Of a DNA stretch of 64,000 nucleotides, positions 39,892 through 49,522 are shown in pieces. The stretch is taken from IMG/VR virus record IMGVR_UViG_3300042447_000691; one strand, written 5' to 3'. The notes under the pieces are model-generated. The model was not told the DNA's origin and did not search any database. It saw only the letters and a program-made list of their open reading frames with translations. The stretch comes from a virus. Numbering within the stretch: position 1 is the stretch's first letter; each line of letters begins with the position of its first letter. A program made the translations under genes and the position numbers.

Positions 39892-40380
39892 ATGATGATT
39901 GATAATAATATGGGTCGTTTTTTTGATTGGTTAGCAAAACCAATGGATCAAGAAGATGTAACCTCTTGGTATTTAGCCAATAATATAATTCCTGAACTTA
40001 CAGAACTATTCAGGGATTTTTGTATATCTTTTTTAAGTTTAATTAAAGACACATATTTAGGGGATGATTTTGAAAATACGGACACTAAAGTCGGAATGAC
40101 TGAAAAACAAAAGAAAGAACACTTAACATGGTGTATTAATAAAACCCTTGAAAATTTTAAAAAAGAGAACATCTATTTTATCTTTAGTGGTGATGATATA
40201 ACCTTTTTTGAGGGGTTCTTTTTTGAGGTCTGTTACAACCAAAACGATCAAAAACTTAAATTAGCTATGGATGATTTTTTTGTAAATCTTTTTGATAGAC
40301 ATCAGAAAAAAACAAAATCAGACATTGAAATATTCACAGAAATATATAAAATATTAGAAAGATCGTTGAAAGTTTATTAA
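39892..40380 (+). CDS. hypothetical protein
   Basis: 162-aa ORF with no recognised motif. Confidence 0.6.
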   Translation: MMIDNNMGRFFDWLAKPMDQEDVTSWYLANNIIPELTELFRDFCISFLSLIKDTYLGDDFENTDTKVGMTEKQKKEHLTWCINKTLENFKKENIYFIFSGDDITFFEGFFFEVCYNQNDQKLKLAMDDFFVNLFDRHQKKTKSDIEIFTEIYKILERSLKVY

Positions 40381-40445
40381 ATATCTTTACTATTTGCTAA
40401 TAGATTTTATTATTTTTTAAAAATAAACATTATATAACACAAAAA

Positions 40446-40625
40446 ATGGAAACATTAGAACAAATTAAAACCTTAGTAGAAACGTTGTCAGCAGAAACCA
40501 CAAAATTTTATACTAAAGGTAATCATTCTGCCGGCACAAGAGCTAGAAAAAGTGCTCAAGAATTAAAAGAACTTATGCAAGTTTTAAGAAAAGAAATTTT
40601 AGCACACAATAAAGAAGAAAAGTAA
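40446..40625 (+). CDS. Bacteroidota-type histone H1-like (Hc1) nucleoid protein
   Basis: 59 aa, missed by the track: METLEQIKTLVETLSAETTKFYTKGNHSAGTRARKSAQELKELMQVLRKEI; the KF..KGN..AGTR.RK motif is typical. Confidence 0.8.
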   Translation: METLEQIKTLVETLSAETTKFYTKGNHSAGTRARKSAQELKELMQVLRKEILAHNKEEK

Positions 40626-40626
40626 T

Positions 40627-40815
40627 ATGGAATTATTATTCAGAGCATCAACATTTGTACTTGTATTCTCAACATTTGTCGTTTTAAAGTATATGGTTAA
40701 CTTTTTAATGGCTATATTCTCAAACCCACCAAAACCAATAGAGTATACAGAAAGACAATTAGTTGTTGTGGGGTCTTTTCTGTCGTACATTATAACATAC
40801 TTAATATTTTTTTAA
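40627..40815 (+). CDS. small two-TM membrane protein
   Basis: Two hydrophobic stretches. Confidence 0.55.
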   Translation: MELLFRASTFVLVFSTFVVLKYMVNFLMAIFSNPPKPIEYTERQLVVVGSFLSYIITYLIFF

Positions 40816-40819
40816 AATT

Positions 40820-41248
40820 ATGATTTTTAGCCAATTTATATCAAGAGCAACCAAGTATCTCAAATCAGTTAGAGTACTTAAAAATTTTATTAGTTTTGAC
40901 ATGATTTTTCCTAAAACATGGATGACACTAAAAAAATATCCAGAGGGTATTGAAGTTATACAGACAGAAACAGAAAATGGTAATACTATTACGTCTTTTG
41001 TTTGTGAAAATAATAAAACACTAATAGACATTATTGAGCAAACATTCGAGACTTACGTTAAAACAAATATTGAAAGAGAAGAAAAAGAAAAATTATTTAA
41101 AACAAAAGTAAGAGAATTACAAACAATTTTTGAAAAAGAAAAATTAGAGAGTTTAAAAAGTCTTAAATTTGACATAGAAGAGTTGACCAAAATTTTGCAA
41201 GATAATGAGCCAGAAGAAATCAATGCCGGAGATACAGAAACTAATTAA
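40820..41248 (+). CDS. hypothetical protein
   Basis: Member of a coupled ORF run. Confidence 0.6.
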   Translation: MIFSQFISRATKYLKSVRVLKNFISFDMIFPKTWMTLKKYPEGIEVIQTETENGNTITSFVCENNKTLIDIIEQTFETYVKTNIEREEKEKLFKTKVRELQTIFEKEKLESLKSLKFDIEELTKILQDNEPEEINAGDTETN

Positions 41249-41417
41249 TGTATTAAGAGAGGACATAGAAGAAAATAAAACATCCTTAGAAAAAGATAAA
41301 AAAAAGTTTTCAGATGAACTTATTAAGTTCAAAAAAGAAAATATTAAAAATACAATACACAAAGAGGAGAAATACACTTTATGGCAAAGAATATTGAGAA
41401 CTTTAGGGATGAATTAG
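41205..41417 (+). CDS. small coiled-coil hypothetical protein
   Basis: Ends in TLWQRILRTLGMN. Confidence 0.5.
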   Translation: MSQKKSMPEIQKLINVLREDIEENKTSLEKDKKKFSDELIKFKKENIKNTIHKEEKYTLWQRILRTLGMN

Positions 41418-41599
41418 TCAAGTTCGCAAATATTGTTGAAATACTTGAAAGTACGTTCATAGGTGAAGACTCCACAGAAATAATCACATATTTAGAAGAT
41501 CATGTTTTTGATAGAGTATCGAGAGAACTAAAAACTGACCAAAAAAATAAATGCGTTATATCTATAGGTAGTGTAAATTTTACCTTTTTGAAAAGGTAG
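41381..41599 (+). CDS. hypothetical protein
   Basis: 72-aa ORF. Confidence 0.5.
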   Translation: MAKNIENFRDELVKFANIVEILESTFIGEDSTEIITYLEDHVFDRVSRELKTDQKNKCVISIGSVNFTFLKR

Positions 41600-42224
41600 T
41601 TTTTAATCTATACAACCTTTTTTTATCAAACCCCTTTTCCGTTAAGACATCATATATCCACTTCCTTTGTGTTGTGGATATGTCTTTTACAAACATACCA
41701 TCAACCCTATTATTATTGAAAAAATAGTATTGAGCACACTCTAAAAACCTAACCGACTCTGATTTATCCTTCAATGAGAAAACACTTAAATCCGAATCCT
41801 TCTGAACACAGATTTTATTATTCAACGTGAATATATTCTTCAATTCGTTACTTCCACAGTAGTTCTTTATAAACTGATTAAAGGTTATTTTTTTTTGAGT
41901 TTGCCAATCAAATATCCTCTCCTCTTGTTTATAATTTTTTAAATCTAAAAAAACGTAATCAGTGTTTTCAATGGTTGCTGGCACATTCCTACCAAAAACA
42001 TCTTTTATAAAAATACTTTTTTGTATGTTAGTTGTGTTAGTGAGTAAACCTAACGTATAGGTCGTTTCCTCGGCGTTTTCTATTAGTTTATCAAAAATAA
42101 TATTTTCTTGATCCTTAATTAATTGATTAAATTTCTCTAATGCTCGTTTTTCTATAGAATAACGTTTGATAATTTTTCTTTTTTTTTTATTCTTAAACAG
42201 AACGATAATATAGTTACTACTCAT
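41580..42224 (-). CDS. hypothetical protein
   Basis: 214-aa ORF with Lys-rich phage-like composition and no long ORF on the opposite strand. Confidence 0.6.
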   Translation of the reverse strand: MSSNYIIVLFKNKKKRKIIKRYSIEKRALEKFNQLIKDQENIIFDKLIENAEETTYTLGLLTNTTNIQKSIFIKDVFGRNVPATIENTDYVFLDLKNYKQEERIFDWQTQKKITFNQFIKNYCGSNELKNIFTLNNKICVQKDSDLSVFSLKDKSESVRFLECAQYYFFNNNRVDGMFVKDISTTQRKWIYDVLTEKGFDKKRLYRLKTTFSKR

Positions 42225-43218
42225 GAAAAATTATTATGAAATTTTAGGTGTTGACGAAACGGCAACACAAGACGATATAAAAAAGGCATATAGACAATTA
42301 AGTAAACAATATCACCCAGATGTAAACCCTGAAGGTGAAGAGCGATTTAAAGAAATTAGTGTTGCTTATGAAAACATCGGAGAAGAGAATAAAAGGGCTC
42401 ACTACGATAATGTTAGAAAAAATCCCTTTAATGGAATGGGTGGTGGTAATAACTTTGATTTTGATTCTATTTTTGAACAAATGATGGGTGGTAGATCCAA
42501 TCACAGACCTAAAGCTCCTGATAAAGTATTAAGTTTTGATATTAGTCCTGTTGATTCCTATTTTGGATCAAAAAAAGAGATTAGATTACAAAATAACGTT
42601 GCTTGTGAGCCGTGTAATGGTAATGGTGGAGATAAAAAAATATGTGATACATGTAGAGGGAATGGGTTTGTGATACAAACGTTCGGCACCAATATGTTTA
42701 GACAACAAGTCCAAGTACAATGCCCTACATGTAACGGTCAGGGGTCAATATTAATCACTCCTTGTAGAATTTGTAGAGGGTTAGGTGTTGAACCTAAACT
42801 TGAAGCTTTCATGGTAAACTTACCACAAAATACGGATAATGGTCATTTTATGAGATTAAGAGGTAAGGGAGATTACTACCCTAATATAAAACAAAGAGGT
42901 GACCTCATAATTAAGGTTAACGTCGTAAACGATAATGACTTTGAAAAAATGGGAGACGATTTGGTACACAAAGTAAGATTATCACCGATGGATTTAATTT
43001 TAAATGAGAAACTCCAAATTAACCATCCAGATGGTGCGATATCGATTAATATACCGGATAAAATAGATACTGACATACCGCTAAGAATACCTAATAAGGG
43101 GTATATGTCTGAAAACGGTAGAGGACACTTCTACATAAAAATGTCAGTAGTAAAAGATAAGTCCCTTAATGATGAAGTTAAGAAAAAGATAAAATTAGCG
43201 TTAGACCATACCAACTAA
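42223..43218 (+). CDS. dnaJ: DnaJ co-chaperone (J domain, Zn finger, C-terminal domain)
   Basis: YYEILGV...YHPDVN (HPD), four CxxCxGxG repeats, GDLIIKV. Confidence 0.92.
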   Translation: MKNYYEILGVDETATQDDIKKAYRQLSKQYHPDVNPEGEERFKEISVAYENIGEENKRAHYDNVRKNPFNGMGGGNNFDFDSIFEQMMGGRSNHRPKAPDKVLSFDISPVDSYFGSKKEIRLQNNVACEPCNGNGGDKKICDTCRGNGFVIQTFGTNMFRQQVQVQCPTCNGQGSILITPCRICRGLGVEPKLEAFMVNLPQNTDNGHFMRLRGKGDYYPNIKQRGDLIIKVNVVNDNDFEKMGDDLVHKVRLSPMDLILNEKLQINHPDGAISINIPDKIDTDIPLRIPNKGYMSENGRGHFYIKMSVVKDKSLNDEVKKKIKLALDHTN

Positions 43219-43359
43219 ATCCTGTATAATTTTGTAGGTGCCGTATATGGCACTAGCAAAAATATACATTGAAAATATGATTAATCCTACCTGCGATTTA
43301 TTTAATCCTTTTTTACATGTGTTACATCTTGTAACTTCTGTTGCCTTTTTTGTTTCCAT
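43201..43359 (-). CDS. 52-aa CxxC + TM micro-protein
   Basis: METKKATEVTRCNTCKKG...GLIIFSMYIFASAIYG; not in the track. Confidence 0.55.
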   Translation of the reverse strand: METKKATEVTRCNTCKKGLNKSQVGLIIFSMYIFASAIYGTYKIIQDLVGMV

Positions 43360-43418
43360 AGTTATATTTTAATTATAAATCATTTGAAAATAAATATTTA
43401 AAAAACTATATTTGTGTT

Positions 43419-44258
43419 ATGTTAAGTTATATCGGAGGAAAAAGTAAGATAGGAAAGTGGATAGTCCCTTTCTATGATAAAAATATGGAAACATATGTTG
43501 AAACATTTGGAGGTATGTTTTGGTGTTTTTATAATATGGACTTGAAAGAGTACCCCAACCTAAAGAAAGTTGTTTACAACGACTTTAATCCACTAAATTA
43601 CAACCTATTTAAGTGTATTCAAAACCCAACGGAGTTATTACAGGCAATTAATGCAATACCATGCCAACAATTTGGTGAGGTACCAACCCCACCATTATAT
43701 AAAGAACAATTTATCAGGTTCCAAGCTGAAATATTTGCTGAAGGTTTCAGCGTAGAACCTGGTGATTACGAAGTTGCTGCCAAATACGTATATATCCTAA
43801 CTCAAGTATTCAGTGGATCAAAACCTGAGACAAGTTCTTTTATTGACCTTAAAGGTAAATACAAATCAAAGTATTTGACGTTTAGAGATAAACTATCAAA
43901 ACCTGATTGGGTTGAACATTTTTTAAGAATAACACACGTCGAAAATATGGACTTCGATGACGTAATCAAAAAATATGATTCACCAACAACATACATTTAT
44001 TTAGATCCTCCTTATTGGAAAACTGAGAACTATTATTCAAACCACGATTTTGATAGAGAAGATCACGAAAGGTTAGCAAATGTCTTAAAGACTGTTAAAG
44101 GTAAATTCTCATTATCCTACTATGATTTTCCAATTTTATCTGAGTGGTTTCCTAAAAATGAATACACTTGGGTTAAAAAAGAATTCGCTAAAGCTGCTGC
44201 CGCGAAGAAGGGAACCAAACAAAATATGGGTGAAGAGTTATTGATTATGAATTATTAA
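43419..44258 (+). CDS. Dam-like (D12 class) N6-adenine DNA methyltransferase
   Basis: LSYIGGKS, YVETFGG, VVYNDFN, IYLDPPY, GKFSLSY. Confidence 0.88.
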   Translation: MLSYIGGKSKIGKWIVPFYDKNMETYVETFGGMFWCFYNMDLKEYPNLKKVVYNDFNPLNYNLFKCIQNPTELLQAINAIPCQQFGEVPTPPLYKEQFIRFQAEIFAEGFSVEPGDYEVAAKYVYILTQVFSGSKPETSSFIDLKGKYKSKYLTFRDKLSKPDWVEHFLRITHVENMDFDDVIKKYDSPTTYIYLDPPYWKTENYYSNHDFDREDHERLANVLKTVKGKFSLSYYDFPILSEWFPKNEYTWVKKEFAKAAAAKKGTKQNMGEELLIMNY

Positions 44259-44304
44259 AATATTTTTCTTATATTTGTGATATTTATTAATAAAAACTAT
44301 AATT

Positions 44305-45687
44305 ATGGCAATTAGATTTACAAGTATATTAAGAGACCTTATCGTTGAAGGTTCAAGACAAGACGCGTTTATTCAAAATTATATTAAACCTAAAAAGGGA
44401 GAAAAAAAAGGTAAATTACCTTTTCAAGTGATGGTCAAAATTATTGCCGCTGATCCAACAACAAAGAATCTGGAAGGGATTGATCTTGAAAATATCACAC
44501 AAGAAGACTTTAATAAAATCCATATTGGTAAGTACTCTAAGTGGATGATTGAAAATTATATTAAGACTTATGTTAATATGAGTGGAACTATGGAACCTGA
44601 TAGTCCGGAAACGAAACGATCTATCGAACGAGCCCAATCACTTTTTATGGAGGACTTATATAAAATTACTGGTGACTTAATGAAGTTTGAACGATTTAAA
44701 AATAGATTACCACAAGAGGTGAGAGATATTAATAAATTGACACCTGAAACTCTTTATGATCAAGTAAAAAACTTTTCATTAGAAAAAACTAGAGCGACTA
44801 AAGATGAGAAAAAAGAAGCGTCTAAAACTTACGAACATCCTGGTGGTGAGGTAGTTTATCGTGGTAGTGAATGGACTGTTGTTAGAATTTCAGATCAAGG
44901 AGAATTAGGTAAAAACGCGGCTTGTTTCTATGGTGGACAACATAAGGATGTACAAAATGGTGAAACAAGATGGTGTACGTCGTCTCCAGGTCTTACATAC
45001 TTCAACACATACATTAAACAAGGACCTTTATATGTTTTAATACCTAACTCACCAAGACCATTCACAGGTTCAATGGATATTGGATTGGAATCAGGACTTC
45101 CAGCATATAGATTACAATTCCATTTCCCATCTAATCAATATATGACACCTGACGATAGAAATATCAATTTGGTTGAGTTTTTAAATGAAAACGAACCAGG
45201 ACTTAAAGAGTTCTTTAAACCTGAGTTTGCTAAAGGACTTGCTAGTCAATCTTTAGTTAGTCAAGACAATTTGGTGTCAATTACATATCCAGATAGTAGT
45301 GCGGCATCTAAGTTTATCGCTCTTTATGGGTTTGATGATCTTTATACTATGTTACCTAAAAATATTAGAAGATTGAGTTTTAATAATGTAGGGAAAGAAG
45401 TGTTTAATTTACCAATTCCTGACGATATTGGTGATTATACGTCGTTAATTGGTTTACACTTATCTAATTGTGTGACTAACCTACCTGATAGTGTTTGTAA
45501 GATAAAAAATTTAAAGTTCTTATCTATAACGGATAATCCGAACCTTCAAAGTATACCTGAATGTTTGGCTGATGCACCACATTTAACAATTCTTAATTTG
45601 AAGAATAGTAGAACGGAAGGTGTTGTACCAGAATCGTTAAAACAAAGAAATGATACTGATGATCATTTTCATCTTTATCTGAATTAA
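44305..45687 (+). CDS. leader-family late protein with C-terminal leucine-rich repeats
   Basis: MAIRFTSILRDLIVE; WCTSSPG...GPLYVLI domain; LPDSVCKIKNLKFLSITDNPNLQSIPECL LRRs. Confidence 0.7.
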   Translation: MAIRFTSILRDLIVEGSRQDAFIQNYIKPKKGEKKGKLPFQVMVKIIAADPTTKNLEGIDLENITQEDFNKIHIGKYSKWMIENYIKTYVNMSGTMEPDSPETKRSIERAQSLFMEDLYKITGDLMKFERFKNRLPQEVRDINKLTPETLYDQVKNFSLEKTRATKDEKKEASKTYEHPGGEVVYRGSEWTVVRISDQGELGKNAACFYGGQHKDVQNGETRWCTSSPGLTYFNTYIKQGPLYVLIPNSPRPFTGSMDIGLESGLPAYRLQFHFPSNQYMTPDDRNINLVEFLNENEPGLKEFFKPEFAKGLASQSLVSQDNLVSITYPDSSAASKFIALYGFDDLYTMLPKNIRRLSFNNVGKEVFNLPIPDDIGDYTSLIGLHLSNCVTNLPDSVCKIKNLKFLSITDNPNLQSIPECLADAPHLTILNLKNSRTEGVVPESLKQRNDTDDHFHLYLN

Positions 45688-45744
45688 AAAAGGGTAAAAA
45701 TCAAAAAAATTTCTTATCTTTGATTAATGTAAAAAAATTAAATT

Positions 45745-46026
45745 ATGGGTAACTTAGATATTGAAATTTATATGACGAACTTTAAGGGGTTTTTTGATAA
45801 AAACCCCGAACAGTTAAAAAAACTCATTGGTGATATAAACCCTGATAAGTTTTTTGGAGGGGTAAGAAAAATTGTTGAATCAAATTCTACAGAAGATGAA
45901 ACACCTTTAGAACCAACAAGAAAACAACTCATATCTTTAATTTTAGAACTAAACGGTACAAGTACCAATGTTGATAAAGTAATCCCATATATGGAGCACC
46001 ATATGGGATTAATATGTATGAATTAG
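45745..46026 (+). CDS. hypothetical protein
   Basis: Follows TATCTTTG at 45715. Confidence 0.6.
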   Translation: MGNLDIEIYMTNFKGFFDKNPEQLKKLIGDINPDKFFGGVRKIVESNSTEDETPLEPTRKQLISLILELNGTSTNVDKVIPYMEHHMGLICMN

Positions 46027-46047
46027 TAACCTTATAATATTATTTTT

Positions 46048-47715
46048 ATGTCTGAAATGACAAGCTTATTTAAAGCACAAGAGGTAACATATAGAACCGA
46101 AGTTTTTGAAAATTTTAATCAAATTGAAAAACATAAAGACGATTTAGAAGATATTTTTGGAGAAATGTCACCTGTTCCATATAGGGTTCAAGGGTCTTTT
46201 AAAACAAAATTTAAATCATCCGATGAGAATGTTTTTTTAGAAAACTACGGGAACCAATTTGCTGAATTACATATGAAAAGAAAGACTTTAGTAGTCGAAG
46301 AAAACGAAAATAAAATCGCATTAAAATTTTTTATTTATAATAATTGTAGAGACGTATCCAAAAGGTTTTTTAAAGTTAGAAAAGAAATACACTATCTTAC
46401 ATTTAATATTAAAAGAAAAACATTTTATTCTGGAGAACTTAGACTTAAAAAAAAGAAAAAAATTGGGTCTAAAATGGTTATAAATAAAACAGATTTAAAT
46501 GGTATATCCGTTTATAATCAAATGATGTATTTTCATTATAACCTTAATGATTCTGATAATTTAAAATTTAAAAACGAAGTTATAAATATATTTCTAAATA
46601 GAGTTGCAGAAAGAATGGAGGTTAAATTTGATAAGGAAGGTTTATCACCAGAAGACAAACTTTACCAACTACACTTAAAATTTTCAATCATTAAATATCC
46701 GGATGCGTTTTCAAAATTCAAAACTTTTTACACACCTAAAAAAGAAATCAGACAACACGATAATAATTTAGTTACTTGGTTTATGAATAAACACAATCTT
46801 AAAGGAACTAAAATTAGAGAAATTTTAAATAGGTATAATAATATTGATATGAATGGTCTTATTATTTTTTACAATTTATTTGGAATTGATTTGTTTAACA
46901 CAATACATAACGATTGTTTTTTAAATATGAATCCTAATAATTTTGTTGGGTATTATGGGTCGTTAATCGAAGATATTAGTAAAAAAGAAAAAGAAAACAT
47001 TGCTAAAATTTTAAATACCACGGATTCTGAAACATTATTAAACTCCTTGAATGACCACATACAATATAAAACAACATTAAAACGATATGGTGAACACGTT
47101 AAAATTACAGCAACAAACTATGATGATTACGTAAAAGAACACTCGGAGTGGTCAACTCTAGTACAATCTTATCGTTCAGGTACTGTGAAAAGATTTTATG
47201 GTGACGAGGCGTATTTGATTGAAAAACCGATTGTTAGTAATGGTGATATATATTACCCAGTATTATTAAAAACAACTGAACAGTATGAAAACGAGTCTAT
47301 GGTTCAGAGTAATTGTGTTAGGACTTATAGTGAGAAACCCTATTGTTTTATAATCTCATTAAGAAAGGGTAGTATTGATAGCGATGTTAGAGCTAGTATT
47401 GAGTTTAGATACTCAGATGACGACATCAGAATTGTTCAAAAATTAGGTAAATATAATAAAGGGTTAGATCAAGAGTGGACCTCACCAATACACGACTTAG
47501 AATTGTTTGGTAAGTTTCTTTACGATAAAGGCATGATTAAATTACCTACAATGGTAAAGAAATACCCAAACGGTAAATCATCTAAAGAGGTTGCAATATT
47601 TAAAAACGAAGATAATATACATAATATGTACCCCGTATGGGAAAACCAAAATACTGTTAGTGACTATTTACTAGGTGAGTTAGACAATTATAATCTATTT
47701 GATGAACTCTTTTAA
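46048..47715 (+). CDS. PcfJ-like domain protein
   Basis: C-terminal LLKTTEQYENESMVQSNCVRTY...ASIEF...VQKLGKYN. Confidence 0.65.
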   Translation: MSEMTSLFKAQEVTYRTEVFENFNQIEKHKDDLEDIFGEMSPVPYRVQGSFKTKFKSSDENVFLENYGNQFAELHMKRKTLVVEENENKIALKFFIYNNCRDVSKRFFKVRKEIHYLTFNIKRKTFYSGELRLKKKKKIGSKMVINKTDLNGISVYNQMMYFHYNLNDSDNLKFKNEVINIFLNRVAERMEVKFDKEGLSPEDKLYQLHLKFSIIKYPDAFSKFKTFYTPKKEIRQHDNNLVTWFMNKHNLKGTKIREILNRYNNIDMNGLIIFYNLFGIDLFNTIHNDCFLNMNPNNFVGYYGSLIEDISKKEKENIAKILNTTDSETLLNSLNDHIQYKTTLKRYGEHVKITATNYDDYVKEHSEWSTLVQSYRSGTVKRFYGDEAYLIEKPIVSNGDIYYPVLLKTTEQYENESMVQSNCVRTYSEKPYCFIISLRKGSIDSDVRASIEFRYSDDDIRIVQKLGKYNKGLDQEWTSPIHDLELFGKFLYDKGMIKLPTMVKKYPNGKSSKEVAIFKNEDNIHNMYPVWENQNTVSDYLLGELDNYNLFDELF

Positions 47716-47717
47716 TT

Positions 47718-48071
47718 ATGGAAGAAAGAAAAGAATTTAAAATACCTGAACACATTATTGATATTTTTAAAAAAAAATATGAGTTGTATCCTTGTTTTAT
47801 AAAAACCAGAAATGTTGTTGAAGGTGGTATTGATGTCCTAACAAAAAAAAACAAAATAGTTTGGTTTGATAAAATTTTTGATGGTAAAAATACACACATA
47901 AAAGGGGCTTTAATTGACTATAGTGTGAGTAATAAAATTATGATTTATGTTAAAGCAAAAGAGAGTGAGAAGGTATATGAATTAGTGATACTATCGAGCG
48001 ATGAAAGTGGTGTCAGTGTTGATTTGTTATTGAAAGGTTTAAATAAATATTATACAATAGATTTTATATGA
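47718..48071 (+). CDS. hypothetical protein
   Basis: 117-aa ORF. Confidence 0.55.
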   Translation: MEERKEFKIPEHIIDIFKKKYELYPCFIKTRNVVEGGIDVLTKKNKIVWFDKIFDGKNTHIKGALIDYSVSNKIMIYVKAKESEKVYELVILSSDESGVSVDLLLKGLNKYYTIDFI

Positions 48072-48352
48072 AAGTTGCAGTTGTTTACACTATGAAAGGT
48101 TGTCCGTTTTGTAGTATGATTAAAGAAGAATTAGAAAAGGAAAATGTGTCATTTTTAGAGAGAGACATTTACGAATATGAGGAAGAATACGACGAGTTTT
48201 CAAAAGTCACCGAAAATGAGTATGTTCCAGCACTTATGTTATTAACTTTAGATGATGAGGATAACCCAACTAACGTAAAACTTTTAGCCCCCGATAGAGA
48301 TTTTAACGATATCTATGAGGGCGTAGAGATTGTAAAACAGTATTTGTTATAA
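48068..48352 (+). CDS. glutaredoxin/thioredoxin-fold protein
   Basis: VYTMKGCPFC...YVPAL. Confidence 0.85.
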   Translation: MKVAVVYTMKGCPFCSMIKEELEKENVSFLERDIYEYEEEYDEFSKVTENEYVPALMLLTLDDEDNPTNVKLLAPDRDFNDIYEGVEIVKQYLL

Positions 48353-49237
48353 TAAAACCATTTCACTAACCACATCAAGTTTTTCCCACAACAATCGATC
48401 ACTCGGAGATAGAACCTCAACAGACGAATCGTAGTTAGAAATATCAAAACTATTAGACAAGTCTTTATGATTGAAAGGGAACACATCCAATATAAGCGAC
48501 CTCAACCAATTGGTTCTAACGGTGTGGTTGTCGTTCAATATCTCAAATTCAGAGTTTAGATTATCTATTTCACACGGCCTGTATTTACTATATAGTTTCA
48601 TGTTTAACTCTTTTGAAATCCCTAATGAGAATACATTATATGTGATATAACGTAATAATATATGGTATAATTTTTCAGTATCGTTTGATAAACCATAATA
48701 ACGATCTGAAACATAAGTTTCCTGACTAAGGTCTGTTTTTATAATTTTGTAATTAGGGAATTTATTAAAAATGATTTCTTTAACCTTCTCTACGTTAGAA
48801 TCCAAACAATCAAAATATAGATAGTTATTTGTTTTCTCCAATTTAATGTTAAAGTATAGTTTATCTTTAACGTGAGAATTAACAAATTCTTGAATATCTA
48901 ACTTTTCTTTTTCGTATAATTTATCTGAATGATACTCAATATCCATATTTCTATTGTCAAATGAGGTGTTATAATTAATCACATCAATCACTCGAATGAT
49001 GTTAAGTAAATCTTCATCATCGTAATTTTTTAAAAATTCTATTAAAATATTAGTTAAGTTTAAAACAACATCAGATGTTGTTCTACCACGTACAATAAAA
49101 AAATTCCTAATGTTTACTACTGTTATTTCAGTATTCGCATTAGGAAATGTTTTATTTATTTCATTCACAATAAGACTTGCAAAAATATTACATAGATTTT
49201 TACCATCTAAGAAGTTGTAAACCTCAATCGTTCCCAT
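48347..49237 (-). CDS. S-adenosylmethionine synthetase (MetK)-fold protein lacking catalytic motifs
   Basis: KNLCNIFASLIVNEI..FPNANTEITVV..FFIVRGRTTS aligns by eye to the MetK N-domain DKICDQISDAILDAI..DPNARVACETL..LVLVAGEITT; SDRYYG ~ VDTYGG. No GHPDK or GAGDQG. Confidence 0.55.
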   Translation of the reverse strand: MGTIEVYNFLDGKNLCNIFASLIVNEINKTFPNANTEITVVNIRNFFIVRGRTTSDVVLNLTNILIEFLKNYDDEDLLNIIRVIDVINYNTSFDNRNMDIEYHSDKLYEKEKLDIQEFVNSHVKDKLYFNIKLEKTNNYLYFDCLDSNVEKVKEIIFNKFPNYKIIKTDLSQETYVSDRYYGLSNDTEKLYHILLRYITYNVFSLGISKELNMKLYSKYRPCEIDNLNSEFEILNDNHTVRTNWLRSLILDVFPFNHKDLSNSFDISNYDSSVEVLSPSDRLLWEKLDVVSEMVLL

Positions 49238-49301
49238 ATTAATTTATTTATTTTTTATTTTAATTAATCTTAAATAAAATAAAATATAGGTTAAATAGTT
49301 T

Positions 49302-49436
49302 TTATTTTTTGTTATAATATTTTTCTACAACTTTTTGCACACCATTTTTAACTGACTCGGTTTGTTGAGCCTGTTGAGTTTGTACGGTCTGTACTTGTTG
49401 TTGACCATTGTTTTTGTTTTTACATCCACACGACAT
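49302..49436 (-). CDS. 44-aa Gln-rich micro-protein (MSCGCK...)
   Basis: Not in the track. Minus-strand TATTTAT at 49468-49474. Confidence 0.55.
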   Translation of the reverse strand: MSCGCKNKNNGQQQVQTVQTQQAQQTESVKNGVQKVVEKYYNKK

Positions 49437-49522
49437 AGTTATAATTTTTAATTAGTTTATTATATATATAAATATTTATAATTTACGATTATTCATTTGT
49501 AAATATAAAGTATTTATAAAAT

